A DNA stretch of 64,000 bases from Dehalococcoidia bacterium (GTDB lineage Bacteria > Chloroflexota > Dehalococcoidia > UBA2979), in NCBI GenBank assembly GCA_965219085.1, contig OZ244720.1:2112001-2176000 (forward strand). Direction: 5' to 3'. Below, in pieces: positions 1 through 10,129 of this stretch (position 1 is the stretch's first letter; every line of letters begins with the position of its first letter). The position numbers were made by a program, and so were the translations under genes. The notes beneath the pieces are model-generated. The model saw only the letters and a program-made list of their open reading frames with translations, was not told where the DNA came from and searched no databases.

Positions 1-19
1 CTCGTGCGAACATCGATGC

Positions 20-1151
20 ATGGACGATCTGCGACAGCGCCTCGCCGAACTCCTCGAACGCGTCCGCGACGTGCAGGTGCGGCTTTGACCTGCCCGCGCG
101 GGAGCGCGAGCTGAGCGAAGCTCGCGCGCAGTCCGCCGCCCCCGACCTCTGGGACGACTCCGAGCGCGCGCAGGCGCTGATGCGCCGCGTCTCGCGCCTC
201 GAGCGGCAGGTCGAGTCGTGGCGCGGCCTCGAGCGGCGCTCCGCCGACCTCGGCGAGCTGGCCGAGCTCGCCGACGAGACCGAGGGCGAAGAGCGCGACG
301 CGCTCGCCGCGGACATCGAGGGCGAGCTCTCGGGACTGGAAGCGCAGTTCGCGGAGATCGAGGTCGCGCTCATGCTCGGCGGCCCCTACGACGGCCACGA
401 CGCCGTGCTCGCCATCCACGCCGGCGCCGGGGGTACCGACGCACAGGACTGGACCGAGATCCTGCTGCGCATGTACCTGCGCTGGGCTGAGCGCCACAAG
501 TTCTCGACGCAGGTGGTCTCGATCTCCTCGGGCGAGGAGGCGGGGGTCAAGTCCGTCTCGATCCGCATCGGTGGCGACGACGCCTACGGGCTGCTGCGCT
601 CTGAGCGCGGCGTGCACCGGTTGGTGCGGATCTCGCCGTTCGACGCCTCGAACTCCCGCCACACGAGCTTCGCGCTCGTCGAGGTGATGCCGGAGGCGCA
701 GGACGACGAGATCGAGATCGAGGTGCGTCCAGAGGACCTCCGCGTCGACACCTACCGCGCGAGCGGGCACGGCGGGCAGAACGTGCAGAAGAACGATACC
801 GCCGTGCGGCTCACGCACCTGCCCACTGGTATGGTGGTGACCTGCCAGAACGAGCGCTCCCAGCTCCGGAACCGTGAGTCCGCGATGCTCGTCCTGAAGT
901 CACGGCTGCTCGAAATCGAGCTCGAGCGGCGCGAGGCCGAGATGGCGGAACTCAAGGGCGTACACGTCGCAGCCGGCTGGGGGAACCAGATCCGCTCCTA
1001 CGTCTTGCACCCCTACCGCATGGTCAAGGACCTCCGCACGAGCCACGAGACCAGCGACACGGGCGCCGTCCTCGACGGTGAGTTCGACGACTTCGTGTAC
1101 GCGTGGCTGCGCAGCCAGGTCGGTGTCGCCGCCGCGGAGATGGCGAGTTGA
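20..1151 (+). CDS. prfB: Peptide chain release factor 2, +1 programmed frameshift at 83-89
   Basis: ATG at 20 reads MDDLRQRL...VRL to CTT-TGA-C (83-89) with AGGTG just upstream; +1 frame joins the 180..1151 ORF with SPF and GGQ motifs. Confidence 0.97.
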
Positions 1152-2587
1152 ACGCCGCGAGGTTCGCGTCCGCGCTCGCCGCGGTAGCGGCGCTCGCCCT
1201 CGGCGCGTTCGTCGCGCTGGGGTCCGCGCCCGCGTTCGCGGACAACGCCGTGACGAACGTGGAGGCCACCACGAGCGACCCGAGGGCGGTCGTCTTCACA
1301 GCGCGCGTGACCGCCCCTGCCGGGCTGGAGAGCGCCACGCTCGTCTACCGCGTGCTCAACCCGAAGGAGGGCGATGTCGGCGGCCGCGGCGACGCGACGT
1401 TCGGGCCGGGTCCCGAGAACGACGTCAGCTTCACCCTCGAGACCCGCAACAGCGAGCGCTACATCCCGGTCGGCTCGCAGTTCCGCTTCCAATGGGAGTT
1501 CACCGACACCGAGGGCCAGACGTTCCAGAGCGAGGAGCAGGGGTACCTGTTCCTCGACGGCCGCTACCGGTGGAATGAGAAGCAACTCGGCAGCGTCACC
1601 GTCTACTGGTACGGCGGTAACGAGGACTTCGCCGACCGCGTGCTCAACGCTGGCGAGTCCGCGCTCGAGGAGACCGAGGCCCTGTTGCAGGTCACCGTGC
1701 CGTACGACGTGCGGATCATGGTCTGGGAGTCTGAGGACGACGGCGATCTCGCGATGCGGCCGCGCAGCCTGGCGTTCGATCGGCTCGTGCGCACCGGCGG
1801 CCAGCGCACCGGCTCCGACCTGCTCTTCGTCTTCACCGCGACCTCGGACGTCGTGCGGCACGAGATGGCGCACGTGGTCACCGCGGTGGCCGGTGACGGC
1901 CCGTTCACGCGTATCCCGTCGTGGCTGGACGAGGGCACCGCGGTCTACATGCAGCGCAGCCCGCGGCCGTACGACTCCGCGATCGCGTTCCGCCTGCAGA
2001 CCGACAGCACGCTGCGGCTGCGCAACATGGATTCGCCCTCGAACGACCCGGGCCAGGTCGACCTGTTCTACGGGCAGTCGTGGTCCACGGTGACGTACCT
2101 GATCGAGAACTGGGGCGAGGATTCCTTCGCCGCGCTGTACCGTCACGTCCGCGAAGGCTCCCGCACGGACACCGCGCTCGAGCGCGTCTACGGCTTCGAC
2201 CAGGACCAGCTCTACAACATGTGGCGCGAGGACAACGGCCTCGACCCCATCGACTTCACGCCGCGCATCGACGCCACCGCGCCGCCACAGACCGAGGCGA
2301 CGCGCGCCCCGCTGCAGCTCCCCACCGGCGGCTCCTCGGGGATGTCCGGCTCCGGCAGGAGCGACGCCGCCGACAGCGAGGACGGCGAGGACGACTCGGA
2401 CGAGGCGCCCGCCGCAACGGCGACCGCGCCCTCAGCCGGGCCGGCCGACGACGACGCGGCGACGGAGACCGCCGGGAGCGGTTCGACGACGACGGCGGCG
2501 ATCATCGTGGGTGTGCTCGCGCTCTTGGTCGGCGGCGGGCTCGGTGTGACGGCGCTCGTGGTCGCGAGGCGGTCGCGAACCAGCTAG
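1148..2587 (+). CDS. Exported, membrane-anchored MA-clan zinc metallopeptidase-like protein
   Basis: Signal peptide, HEMAH zinc motif with downstream WLDEGTA, acidic linker, C-terminal TM helix; TTG start overlaps prfB stop. Confidence 0.8.
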   Translation: MNAARFASALAAVAALALGAFVALGSAPAFADNAVTNVEATTSDPRAVVFTARVTAPAGLESATLVYRVLNPKEGDVGGRGDATFGPGPENDVSFTLETRNSERYIPVGSQFRFQWEFTDTEGQTFQSEEQGYLFLDGRYRWNEKQLGSVTVYWYGGNEDFADRVLNAGESALEETEALLQVTVPYDVRIMVWESEDDGDLAMRPRSLAFDRLVRTGGQRTGSDLLFVFTATSDVVRHEMAHVVTAVAGDGPFTRIPSWLDEGTAVYMQRSPRPYDSAIAFRLQTDSTLRLRNMDSPSNDPGQVDLFYGQSWSTVTYLIENWGEDSFAALYRHVREGSRTDTALERVYGFDQDQLYNMWREDNGLDPIDFTPRIDATAPPQTEATRAPLQLPTGGSSGMSGSGRSDAADSEDGEDDSDEAPAATATAPSAGPADDDAATETAGSGSTTTAAIIVGVLALLVGGGLGVTALVVARRSRTS

Positions 2588-2615
2588 TCCCCTCGGCCCT
2601 GCGCAGGCGGACGTC

Positions 2616-3446
2616 CTACCGAGGCAGCACCAGGCCGCCCGGGGATATCGGCGGCTGCTGATCGGGCGGCTGGCCCTCGCCGGTGGACATGGCCTGTGCC
2701 TGCTCGATGGTGAGGAACGGCGAAACCAGGACGCGGTCGCGGATCACGTTCTCCGGTTCGCCCGTCGCACACCGTCGGAGTTGCTCGGCGAAGTCCGCTT
2801 CGCTCCACCCGCCCGTGAAGCGGCGGCCGCCGATGGTCAGCACCGGCAGCTCCGCCACCATGCGCGCCTCTGCGAGGAGCGGAAACTCGGACATCTCGAT
2901 CGCCTCGAAGCGCACGCGGCGCATCACCATCGCGAACGCTGCAGCGAGACGCAGGGTCACCGCCGACTGCGGGTCATACGGCGCGACGAGGAGCTCGACG
3001 TCGAGGTCCTCATCGAGGGCGGCGTCGATTTCCTCGAGCGTCTCGAGGGTGCTGGCCTCGAGCGGCGGCGCGCCCGAGCCGGCGTAGAGCACGGCCTCCA
3101 TGAAGGCGGGGAACAGTACCCCGGACCACAGCCCGACGATGCGCATCTCCCGGCCGCGCCCGCGGATCACCGTCACGGGCGGACGGTCGATGCCCGCCTC
3201 GCGCGCGCGGTCGGCGTGGCGATCGAGGTCGTAGAAGGTGAGCGAGAGCGCCGGGTGGAGCGAGGCGAACTGCCGCGCGGCGGTGGCGATCTGGTCGCAG
3301 AACGTGCATGGGTCGCGGTCGGTGCGGACGAGCACCGAGTCCTCCTGCGTCCACACGTCGAGGCCGACAGGCCCCACAAGCCGCTGCGTGAGGTAGTCGG
3401 CGATGGCCGGCCGCTGGTCTCGGGGGATCGGGGACTCGCTGACCAT
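2616..3446 (-). CDS. Two-domain thioredoxin-fold protein (protein disulfide oxidoreductase-like)
   Basis: CTFC motif in the first domain; second Trx-like domain lacks CxxC. Confidence 0.65.
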   Translation of the reverse strand: MVSESPIPRDQRPAIADYLTQRLVGPVGLDVWTQEDSVLVRTDRDPCTFCDQIATAARQFASLHPALSLTFYDLDRHADRAREAGIDRPPVTVIRGRGREMRIVGLWSGVLFPAFMEAVLYAGSGAPPLEASTLETLEEIDAALDEDLDVELLVAPYDPQSAVTLRLAAAFAMVMRRVRFEAIEMSEFPLLAEARMVAELPVLTIGGRRFTGGWSEADFAEQLRRCATGEPENVIRDRVLVSPFLTIEQAQAMSTGEGQPPDQQPPISPGGLVLPR

Positions 3447-3448
3447 GT

Positions 3449-4057
3449 TCAATCGCCTTCCGCCGCCTCGGCGCGCAGCATGCGCATCGCGAGATAGAGT
3501 CGCTGGATTGCGGTGAGTACCGTCAGCACCGCGAGCGCCCACAGCACGGGCCGCACGAGCACGCCCGTGATCAGCGCCACGCCGAGCAGCACGATGCGCT
3601 CGGCGCGCCGCAGCCAGCCCGAGGTGAGCGCCACACCCAGCCCCTCGGCCCGCGCCCGCACGTACGAGACGAGGAGCGAGCCCGCGAGCACCGCGAACAC
3701 GAGCGCTGACTCCTCGTTCCGGCCCTCGCCGAGTTCGTACAGCAGCAGGCCGAACAGCACCACCGCCTCGGAGAAGCGGTCGAAGACGGAGTCGAGCATC
3801 GCGCCGGCCTTGCTCGCGCGTCCCGTCGTGCGCGCCAGCTCGCCGTCGAGGAAGTCGAGGGCGCTGAACACCAGCATGACGATGCCGCCCGCGGTCAGTG
3901 AGCCCGTCGCGATGACGGCGGCGGCGGCGATGTTCCCCGCGAGCGCCGCGAACGAGAGCATGTCGGGCGTCACACCGATCCGCGCGAGGACGCGCACGAT
4001 CGGGCTGATGATCATGGCGGGGGCGCGGTTTGGCAGCAGGCTGGAAGGCAGCGCCAT
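3449..4057 (-). CDS. pgsA: CDP-alcohol phosphatidyltransferase, probable phosphatidylinositol-phosphate synthase
   Basis: DFLDGELAR...GAMLDSVFDRFSE signature; SYVRARAE; clustered with ino1. Confidence 0.88.
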   Translation of the reverse strand: MALPSSLLPNRAPAMIISPIVRVLARIGVTPDMLSFAALAGNIAAAAVIATGSLTAGGIVMLVFSALDFLDGELARTTGRASKAGAMLDSVFDRFSEAVVLFGLLLYELGEGRNEESALVFAVLAGSLLVSYVRARAEGLGVALTSGWLRRAERIVLLGVALITGVLVRPVLWALAVLTVLTAIQRLYLAMRMLRAEAAEGD

Positions 4058-4081
4058 CAGCGGCGCTCCCGCCCGGGGCGG

Positions 4082-5257
4082 CTAGTCACGCCGCCGCGCC
4101 GAAGCCAGGAGCGTGCGCGCGTGCGCAGCGCGGTCGTCGCGCAGCCGCTCGTAGTAGGAGAGCACGCGGCTGGTCACGCGGGGCCACGAGTATTCGTCGG
4201 CGCGCTTGCGCCCCGCGGCGGCCAGGCGGGCGCGCCGCTGCGGGCTGCGCACCAGCGCCGTGAGCGCCTCGGCGATGGCGAGCGGGTCGCGCGGCCGCGC
4301 GAGCAGGCCGTCGACGTCGTCGGTGATGACCGAGGCGTAGCCGTCGATGTTCGATGCGACGATGGGAGTGCCCGCGGAGAGTGATTCGAGGAGCACGTAG
4401 CCCTGCGACTCGTGGCCGGTGGCGGGCGAGCAGAAGATGTCCGCCGTGCGGTAATAGCGCGGCAGGTCGGCGTCGGAGACATCGTCCACGAACACGATGC
4501 CGCGACGCCCCTCGCGCTCCACCGAGGTGCGGTAGCGGCGCTTTCGCCGTGAGTCGGGGCCCACCACGATGAGCCGCGTGTTGGGGTCGCGCGCATTGAC
4601 GATCCCGAACGCGCGCAGCAGGTGGCCGAGGCCCTTCCGCTTCTCGGCGCGGCCGACGTAGAGGATGTTGAGTACGCCGTCCTCGAACTCCCGCAGCGGT
4701 TCGAGCGTCGGGTCGGCGAAGCGGCCGACCTCGATGCCGTTGGGGATGACGTTGTAGTAGCCGGGGAAGTAACGGCTGACGTAGCGCTGCGCGGGCGGCG
4801 AGACGGTGATCTTGCCGTCGATCTCGCGGAACCAGCGCTTGAGCAGGAGCCGGCCGTACGAGTAGAGCCGGTTCCCCCCGTCCTTCGTCGCGTGGAACGT
4901 GCCGACGTTGACGACGTTCGGGTTGACCGAGCGCGAGGCGCGCAGCACCTGGATCGGCAGCGTCGGCATCAGCGGCTCGTGGACGTGGACCACGTCGAAC
5001 TGGTGGTGTTCGAGGGTGCTCCGCACCTGCCGCCCGAGCCGCGGGCTGAGCGCGATGCGCGCCGTCGAGCCCGAGGCCGGGACGGGGACCGGGTGCCCGA
5101 TCGAGATCAGCCGCTCGTTGTCGTGCTCGCCGGTGGCCGGCGCGAGGATGGCGACCTCGTGGCCGCCGGCCTCGAAGCGCTCGGTGAGCTGCTGGATGTG
5201 GCGGTTCACGCCGCCGGGGGTCAGCCAGTCGTAGGGGGAGACGAAGGCGATCTTCAC
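4082..5257 (-). CDS. GT4 glycosyltransferase, PimA-like phosphatidylinositol mannosyltransferase
   Basis: SPYDW..PGGV N-terminus, HVHEP, ESQGYVLLES; adjacent to pgsA. Confidence 0.85.
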   Translation of the reverse strand: MKIAFVSPYDWLTPGGVNRHIQQLTERFEAGGHEVAILAPATGEHDNERLISIGHPVPVPASGSTARIALSPRLGRQVRSTLEHHQFDVVHVHEPLMPTLPIQVLRASRSVNPNVVNVGTFHATKDGGNRLYSYGRLLLKRWFREIDGKITVSPPAQRYVSRYFPGYYNVIPNGIEVGRFADPTLEPLREFEDGVLNILYVGRAEKRKGLGHLLRAFGIVNARDPNTRLIVVGPDSRRKRRYRTSVEREGRRGIVFVDDVSDADLPRYYRTADIFCSPATGHESQGYVLLESLSAGTPIVASNIDGYASVITDDVDGLLARPRDPLAIAEALTALVRSPQRRARLAAAGRKRADEYSWPRVTSRVLSYYERLRDDRAAHARTLLASARRRD

Positions 5258-6066
5258 CGCACGCCTCCGATCGGAGGGATCGCGGGCGACCGAAGTTTCT
5301 GGATCTGCGCCCCGATCAGCTTGCGAGGCGTCACCGAGAGGCCGCGCACCTGCTGCAACGCCAGCTGCCGGAAGCCCAGTCTGCGCATGCTCGGCGCGCG
5401 GCCGGCCTGCGCCATCGTCGTGCGCGCCTCGATGGCTTCGCGCAACTCGGCGGCCGTGCGGCCGCGGAAGAGCGTCGCTGCCGTGCCGACGCCTTCGAGG
5501 AAGTGGGCGTCGCTGCCGCCGGTCTCGGCGAGGCCGTAGCGCTCGCGGTTGCGGCGCAGCGCCCGCGCGCCGGTGACGCGCCCCGCCAGCGTGGTGTTGG
5601 CGACCTCGATGCCGTCGGGGTGCGTGGCCGGGTCGCCGTTATCGAGCAGGCGGTCCAGCGTGCGGCGTCCGATGGACCGCGTGAGCCAGGAGAACGGGTG
5701 CGGCACGACGGCCAGCCCGCCCGCGCGGTGCACCAACTCGATCGACTCGGCGAGTGAGCGCAGCGAGGGCAGTGGCTCGTCGACCCACAGCGCGAGCAGG
5801 TGCCCGGCGCGCGTCGTCAGCTCGATGCCCGGCACGAACTCGAAGGGGTAGTTGCCGCGGGCGTGCAGCTCGCGCGCGAGCAGCGCGCCCCCCACGTCCT
5901 CGTGGTCGGTGACGGCGATGACGTCGAGGTCCGTGCAGGTCTCGACGTAGTCGAGCAGCGTCTGCGCATCGGCCATGCCGTCGCCGAAGGCTGTGTGCGT
6001 CTGGAGGTCGGCGCGACCGAAGCGCTGGATGGCGGGCCCGTCGTCCGTCGAGGCCGTGTCCATCAT
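5254..6066 (-). CDS. PHP-domain phosphoesterase
   Basis: DLQTHT..GDG, AVTDH, PHP, GGSDAH motifs; TACAAT 7 nt upstream of ATG 6066. Confidence 0.85.
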   Translation of the reverse strand: MMDTASTDDGPAIQRFGRADLQTHTAFGDGMADAQTLLDYVETCTDLDVIAVTDHEDVGGALLARELHARGNYPFEFVPGIELTTRAGHLLALWVDEPLPSLRSLAESIELVHRAGGLAVVPHPFSWLTRSIGRRTLDRLLDNGDPATHPDGIEVANTTLAGRVTGARALRRNRERYGLAETGGSDAHFLEGVGTAATLFRGRTAAELREAIEARTTMAQAGRAPSMRRLGFRQLALQQVRGLSVTPRKLIGAQIQKLRSPAIPPIGGVR

Positions 6067-6121
6067 GGGCCGCATTGTACCCCCGCCCCCATGAGTATCG
6101 CGGCCGTAACCACGCGGCTCG

Positions 6122-6997
6122 CTACGTGGCGAGGCCGCGCCACACCGGGTGCAACGCGAACCACTGCTCCGGCGACGCACTGATGCCCGCCTCGAGCGCG
6201 CGCGTCACGCGCCGCATGCCGCCCTCGACATCCGCCTCGCGCTCGCCGCTGCGTTCGAGGTACAGCGGGGGGTCGAGCGAGACATGCATGCCCGCGCCGC
6301 TCGTGCGGCGCGCGAATCCGGTCACGATGGGCGAGTTGGTGCGCAGCGCCAGCTCGACGGCGCCGCGCGGCATCCGCGCGCGCTCGCCGAAGAACGGCTG
6401 CGGGCGACCCGTGCCCAGCACGTCACGGTCCGCCAGCACCCCGAGGATCTTGCCGTCGCGCAGTTGCTGGATCGCGAGCCGCACGCCGGCGCGGTCGGCC
6501 GGGACGAAGCGCACCCCCGGCGCCTGGCGCAGCGCGTGTACGAGCTCGTGCAGGGCCGGCGGCGACAGCGGCTCGGTCAGCACCAGCACGTCGAAGCCGA
6601 GCGCTCCCATCACACGGATCAGCGTCTCGGGGTTCCCCAGGTGAGCGGACACGAACATCACGCCGCATCCGCGGTCGTAGGCCTCGAGGAACCCGTCGAT
6701 GCCGTCGACGGCCTCGATGCGGTCGATGGCGGCGGCGGGCGGGAGGTGGGCCGAGTGCGCCATGTCCGCCCAGTAGCGCATCGCCGTGCGGACGTTGCCG
6801 CGGGCCGCGCGCGCGAGGTCGGCGTGCCGCGCCTCGCCCGCGTGGACGTGGCGCATGTGGTCGATGGTGACGACGCGCAGGCGCTGCGAGGCGAACCAGG
6901 CGAGGGTGCCGGCGACGTCGCTGATGGCGTAGAGCACCGACAGCGGCAGCCGTCCGAAGACCTCGATCCACACGCGCAGCGCGGTGGCGGCGACCAT
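6122..6997 (-). CDS. Lipid acyltransferase (LpxL/PatA family)
   Basis: SAHLGNPE, LADRD, FFG..A.MPRG, PEQW motifs. Confidence 0.85.
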   Translation of the reverse strand: MVAATALRVWIEVFGRLPLSVLYAISDVAGTLAWFASQRLRVVTIDHMRHVHAGEARHADLARAARGNVRTAMRYWADMAHSAHLPPAAAIDRIEAVDGIDGFLEAYDRGCGVMFVSAHLGNPETLIRVMGALGFDVLVLTEPLSPPALHELVHALRQAPGVRFVPADRAGVRLAIQQLRDGKILGVLADRDVLGTGRPQPFFGERARMPRGAVELALRTNSPIVTGFARRTSGAGMHVSLDPPLYLERSGEREADVEGGMRRVTRALEAGISASPEQWFALHPVWRGLAT

Positions 6998-7000
6998 CCG

Positions 7001-7879
7001 TCAGGCAGCCTGCCCGGCGTCGCCGTCGTCGAGCCACAGCGAGCGGAAGATGTACCACTGCTCCGGGCGACGCCGCACCATCGCCTCGAGCGCCGTGAAG
7101 ATCGCCTGCGTCAGCGCGTGGACGTCGCGCTCCATGTCGCCTGTCGGCTCATAGCGCACGTGCTCCAGGTCCGGCGTCGCGTGGTCGCTCCACGTCCCGA
7201 GCCGCGGCACCGTCGCCGCCATCACCGAGGCCTGTGTGCGCAGCGCGACGCGGGCGGGCCCGTCCGGCACGGCGACCGTGCCGCCAAAGAACTCCACCTC
7301 GACGCCGCGCCCCGGCTGGGGCACGTCGATCAGCGCCGCGACGATCTCGTTGCGCCGCAGCGAGCGCAGCAGGCGCGGGCCGATCCGGTCGGCAGGCAGC
7401 ACCTGCACCCCGAGGTTGCGCCGCGAGCCGAGCACGAGCTCGTCGAGCCGCGGGTCGGCGAACGTGTCGGCGATGACGGAGACACGGTAGCCGTGCTCGC
7501 TGAGCGCGACCGCGCCGAGATCCCACACGCCGAAGTGGACCGTGACCAACACGAGGCCGTTCCCCGTGAGCGCCCCGTCGATGTACTCCCAGTTGTCGAA
7601 GGGGACGCGGTCGCGCAGTTCGTCGCGGGGGCGCGAGCCGAAGCGCACGAAGTCCACGAGGTAGATGCCGTAGTTGCCGAAGGACGTGCGCGCGTAGCGC
7701 CTCGCCGCGGCCCTGTCGCCGCCGGCCACGCGCAGCATATTGCCCACGCAGCGGCGGCGACCTCCCGTCCACACGTAGTAGGCGAGGATGCCCGCGGCGT
7801 AGCTGCAAGCGTACGCGACCCGCAGCGGGACGAGCCGCGCGAGCAGCGAGCCGATCCGGAAGCCCCAGTACGCCGCCAT
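7001..7879 (-). CDS. Lipid acyltransferase (LpxL/PatA family), second copy
   Basis: HFGVWD, VEFFG...VPDGPA, RPEQWY motifs. Confidence 0.87.
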   Translation of the reverse strand: MAAYWGFRIGSLLARLVPLRVAYACSYAAGILAYYVWTGGRRRCVGNMLRVAGGDRAAARRYARTSFGNYGIYLVDFVRFGSRPRDELRDRVPFDNWEYIDGALTGNGLVLVTVHFGVWDLGAVALSEHGYRVSVIADTFADPRLDELVLGSRRNLGVQVLPADRIGPRLLRSLRRNEIVAALIDVPQPGRGVEVEFFGGTVAVPDGPARVALRTQASVMAATVPRLGTWSDHATPDLEHVRYEPTGDMERDVHALTQAIFTALEAMVRRRPEQWYIFRSLWLDDGDAGQAA

Positions 7880-7924
7880 CGCGCGGCAGTCTACTCGCGC
7901 GCCGCGCTAGCCGCGCGATCGCCT

Positions 7925-9019
7925 CTAGCTGCCCGCCGCGGCTTCCACCTCGCCGGCGATGAACGTCTCGAGGCGGTCGCGCGCCACGTCGTCGTGCCAC
8001 TGCTCTGGCGGCGACTTCATGAAGTACGCCGAGGGCTCCAGCAGCGGCCCGCCGATGCCGCGGTCGAGGCCGATCTTGGCGCAGCGGACCGCGTCGATCA
8101 CCACGCCGGCCGAGTTCGGGCTGTCCCACACCTCCAGCTTGCACTCGAGGTTGAGCGGCACCTCGCCGAACGTCGTGCCCTCCATGCGGATGTGGCACCA
8201 CTTGCGGTCCTCCAGCCACGGCACGTGGTCCGAGGGGCCGACGTGGACGTCGGCGTACGGCATCTCGTAGTCGATCTGCGAGGTGACGGCGTTGGTCTTC
8301 GAGATCTTCTTTGACTCCAGCCGCTCGCGCTCCAGCATGTTCAGGAAGTCCGTGTTGCCGCCGAAGTTGAGCTGGTACGTGCGGTCGACGCGTACGCCAC
8401 GGTCCTGGAAGAGCCGCGCGAGGAGGCGGTGCAGGATGGTCGCGCCGACCTGCGACTTGATGTCGTCGCCGATGATCGGCAGCCCCTTCTCGCGGAAGCG
8501 CTCGGCCCAGTAGTCCTCGCGCGCGATGAAGACCGGGATGCAGTTGACGAACGCGCAGCCCGCGGTCAGTACCTGCTCGACGTACCACTTCGTCGCCTCC
8601 TCGGAGCCGACGGGCAGGTAGCTGATGACGACGTCCGTGTTGGTGTCGCGCAGCGCGGACACGATGTCGGCGGTCGAGCCTGGCGCCTTCGTGATCACCT
8701 CGGAGAGGTACTTGCCGAGGCCGTCGTGGGTCATCCCGCGGATCACGGGCACGCCCAGGTGCGGCACGTCGGCGAAGCGGTAGGTGTTGTTCGGCTGCGT
8801 GTAGATCGCCTCGGAGAGGTCGCGGCCGACCTTGTTGGCGTCGATGTCGATGGCGACGGTGAAGTTGATGTCGCTGATGTGGTAGTCGCCGAGGACCGGG
8901 TGCATCAGCCCCGGGATCGTCTGGTCGGGGCTGGCGTCCTTGTAGAACTCGACGCCCTGCACCAGCGAGGACGCGCAGTTCCCCACCCCGATAATTGCTA
9001 CGTTGATCGGCTCACCCAC
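7925..9019 (-). CDS. ino1: myo-inositol-1-phosphate synthase
   Basis: [44 protein letters not shown]. Confidence 0.97.
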   Translation of the reverse strand: MGEPINVAIIGVGNCASSLVQGVEFYKDASPDQTIPGLMHPVLGDYHISDINFTVAIDIDANKVGRDLSEAIYTQPNNTYRFADVPHLGVPVIRGMTHDGLGKYLSEVITKAPGSTADIVSALRDTNTDVVISYLPVGSEEATKWYVEQVLTAGCAFVNCIPVFIAREDYWAERFREKGLPIIGDDIKSQVGATILHRLLARLFQDRGVRVDRTYQLNFGGNTDFLNMLERERLESKKISKTNAVTSQIDYEMPYADVHVGPSDHVPWLEDRKWCHIRMEGTTFGEVPLNLECKLEVWDSPNSAGVVIDAVRCAKIGLDRGIGGPLLEPSAYFMKSPPEQWHDDVARDRLETFIAGEVEAAAGS

Positions 9020-9132
9020 GGTGTGTTGCCCCTTTCGCGGCGCGCGCTCGTCATCGGCGCGCAGCCCCATACAGCATCGAGCGTAGGCACGTGCCGTAGC
9101 TGTGAGCTAGTGGAAGTTTCTTCCGGATAGCA

Positions 9133-9145
9133 TAAGATACACTTA
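9133..9145. promoter_or_regulatory. Putative LysR-type binding box
   Basis: TAAG-N5-CTTA dyad fitting T-N11-A between divergent ino1 and LysR genes. Confidence 0.45.
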
Positions 9146-9165
9146 CCGATAGACCGGGAGGCCCC

Positions 9166-10113
9166 ATGACCACCCCCGCCACACCCAGCCTCGACACGAT
9201 CGAGGAGGCCTCACCGAGGCTTGCCCCGCAGCCCCCCGGCTTCGACGAGACGCCGCTCAACCTCCACCTCCAGCAGCTCGCCTACGTGCGTGCGCTCGAG
9301 CGCTGGGGCACGCTCACCGAGGCGGCGCGACGCCTCCAGGTCAGCCAGTCGGCGCTTTCGCAGTCACTCTCGCAGCTCGAGCGGCGGCTCGGCGTGCCGC
9401 TCCTCGAGCGCGACGGGCGCCGCCGCCAGCTCACGGAGGCGGGCCGCGAGGTCGCGCGCTTCGCCGGCGAGACGCTCGCCCGCGCGGGCGCACTGCGCGA
9501 CTGGCTCGCCGCCTACTCCGAGGGGCGTGCCGGCACGCTCCGCGTCGGCATGATCGACGCTGCCAGCCTGTACGCGCTGCCCTCGGCCATCCGCGCCTTC
9601 CGCGACACCCACCCCGAGGTGCAGCTCGAACTCGTCGTCGACCGGTCCGGGCTGCTGCTCGAACGGCTCGCCCGCTTCGAGCTCGACCTCGCGTTCGTCG
9701 TCGGCCCGGCGCCGCCGGAGTTCGACGCGACCGAGGTGTTGAGTGAGCCGCTGTACCTCTACGCCCCGCCCGGCACGACCGAGGCGCCTGCCGACGGCGA
9801 GTGGGTGCTCTACCCGCCCGGCCGCCAGACGCGGCGCATCATCGACGCCGGGCTCGCGGCGCGCGGCATCTGGCCGCGCATCTCCCTCGAAAGCGACAAT
9901 CCGGCAGTGCTCGGGCAAATGGTCGCGCTCGGCCTCGGCTGGAGCGTGTTGCCCGAGGGCGTTGTCGAGGGCGTCTCGCGCGAGCTGGCCGCCTCGCGCC
10001 GCGAGCAGATCGCGGAGCGCACCCTCCTCGCCGCGCGACGCGCTCAGTCTCCGCCGGACGCACGCGCCGAGGCGTTCCTGCGCCTCGTCATGGACCGCGA
10101 GGGCGCGGGATAG
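9166..10113 (+). CDS. LysR-family transcriptional regulator
   Basis: HTH TLTEAARRL.VSQSALS..L.QLE..LG..L..R; substrate-binding domain. Confidence 0.93.
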   Translation: MTTPATPSLDTIEEASPRLAPQPPGFDETPLNLHLQQLAYVRALERWGTLTEAARRLQVSQSALSQSLSQLERRLGVPLLERDGRRRQLTEAGREVARFAGETLARAGALRDWLAAYSEGRAGTLRVGMIDAASLYALPSAIRAFRDTHPEVQLELVVDRSGLLLERLARFELDLAFVVGPAPPEFDATEVLSEPLYLYAPPGTTEAPADGEWVLYPPGRQTRRIIDAGLAARGIWPRISLESDNPAVLGQMVALGLGWSVLPEGVVEGVSRELAASRREQIAERTLLAARRAQSPPDARAEAFLRLVMDREGAG

Positions 10114-10129
10114 CGCTCGCTGCCACCGC

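Noticed and set aside
6149-8314. Long antisense ORFs (also 13054-14856, 17102-19252, 27896-29857, 32288-34237, 47255-49294)
   Set aside because: Shadow frames opposite well-identified genes, expected at this GC content
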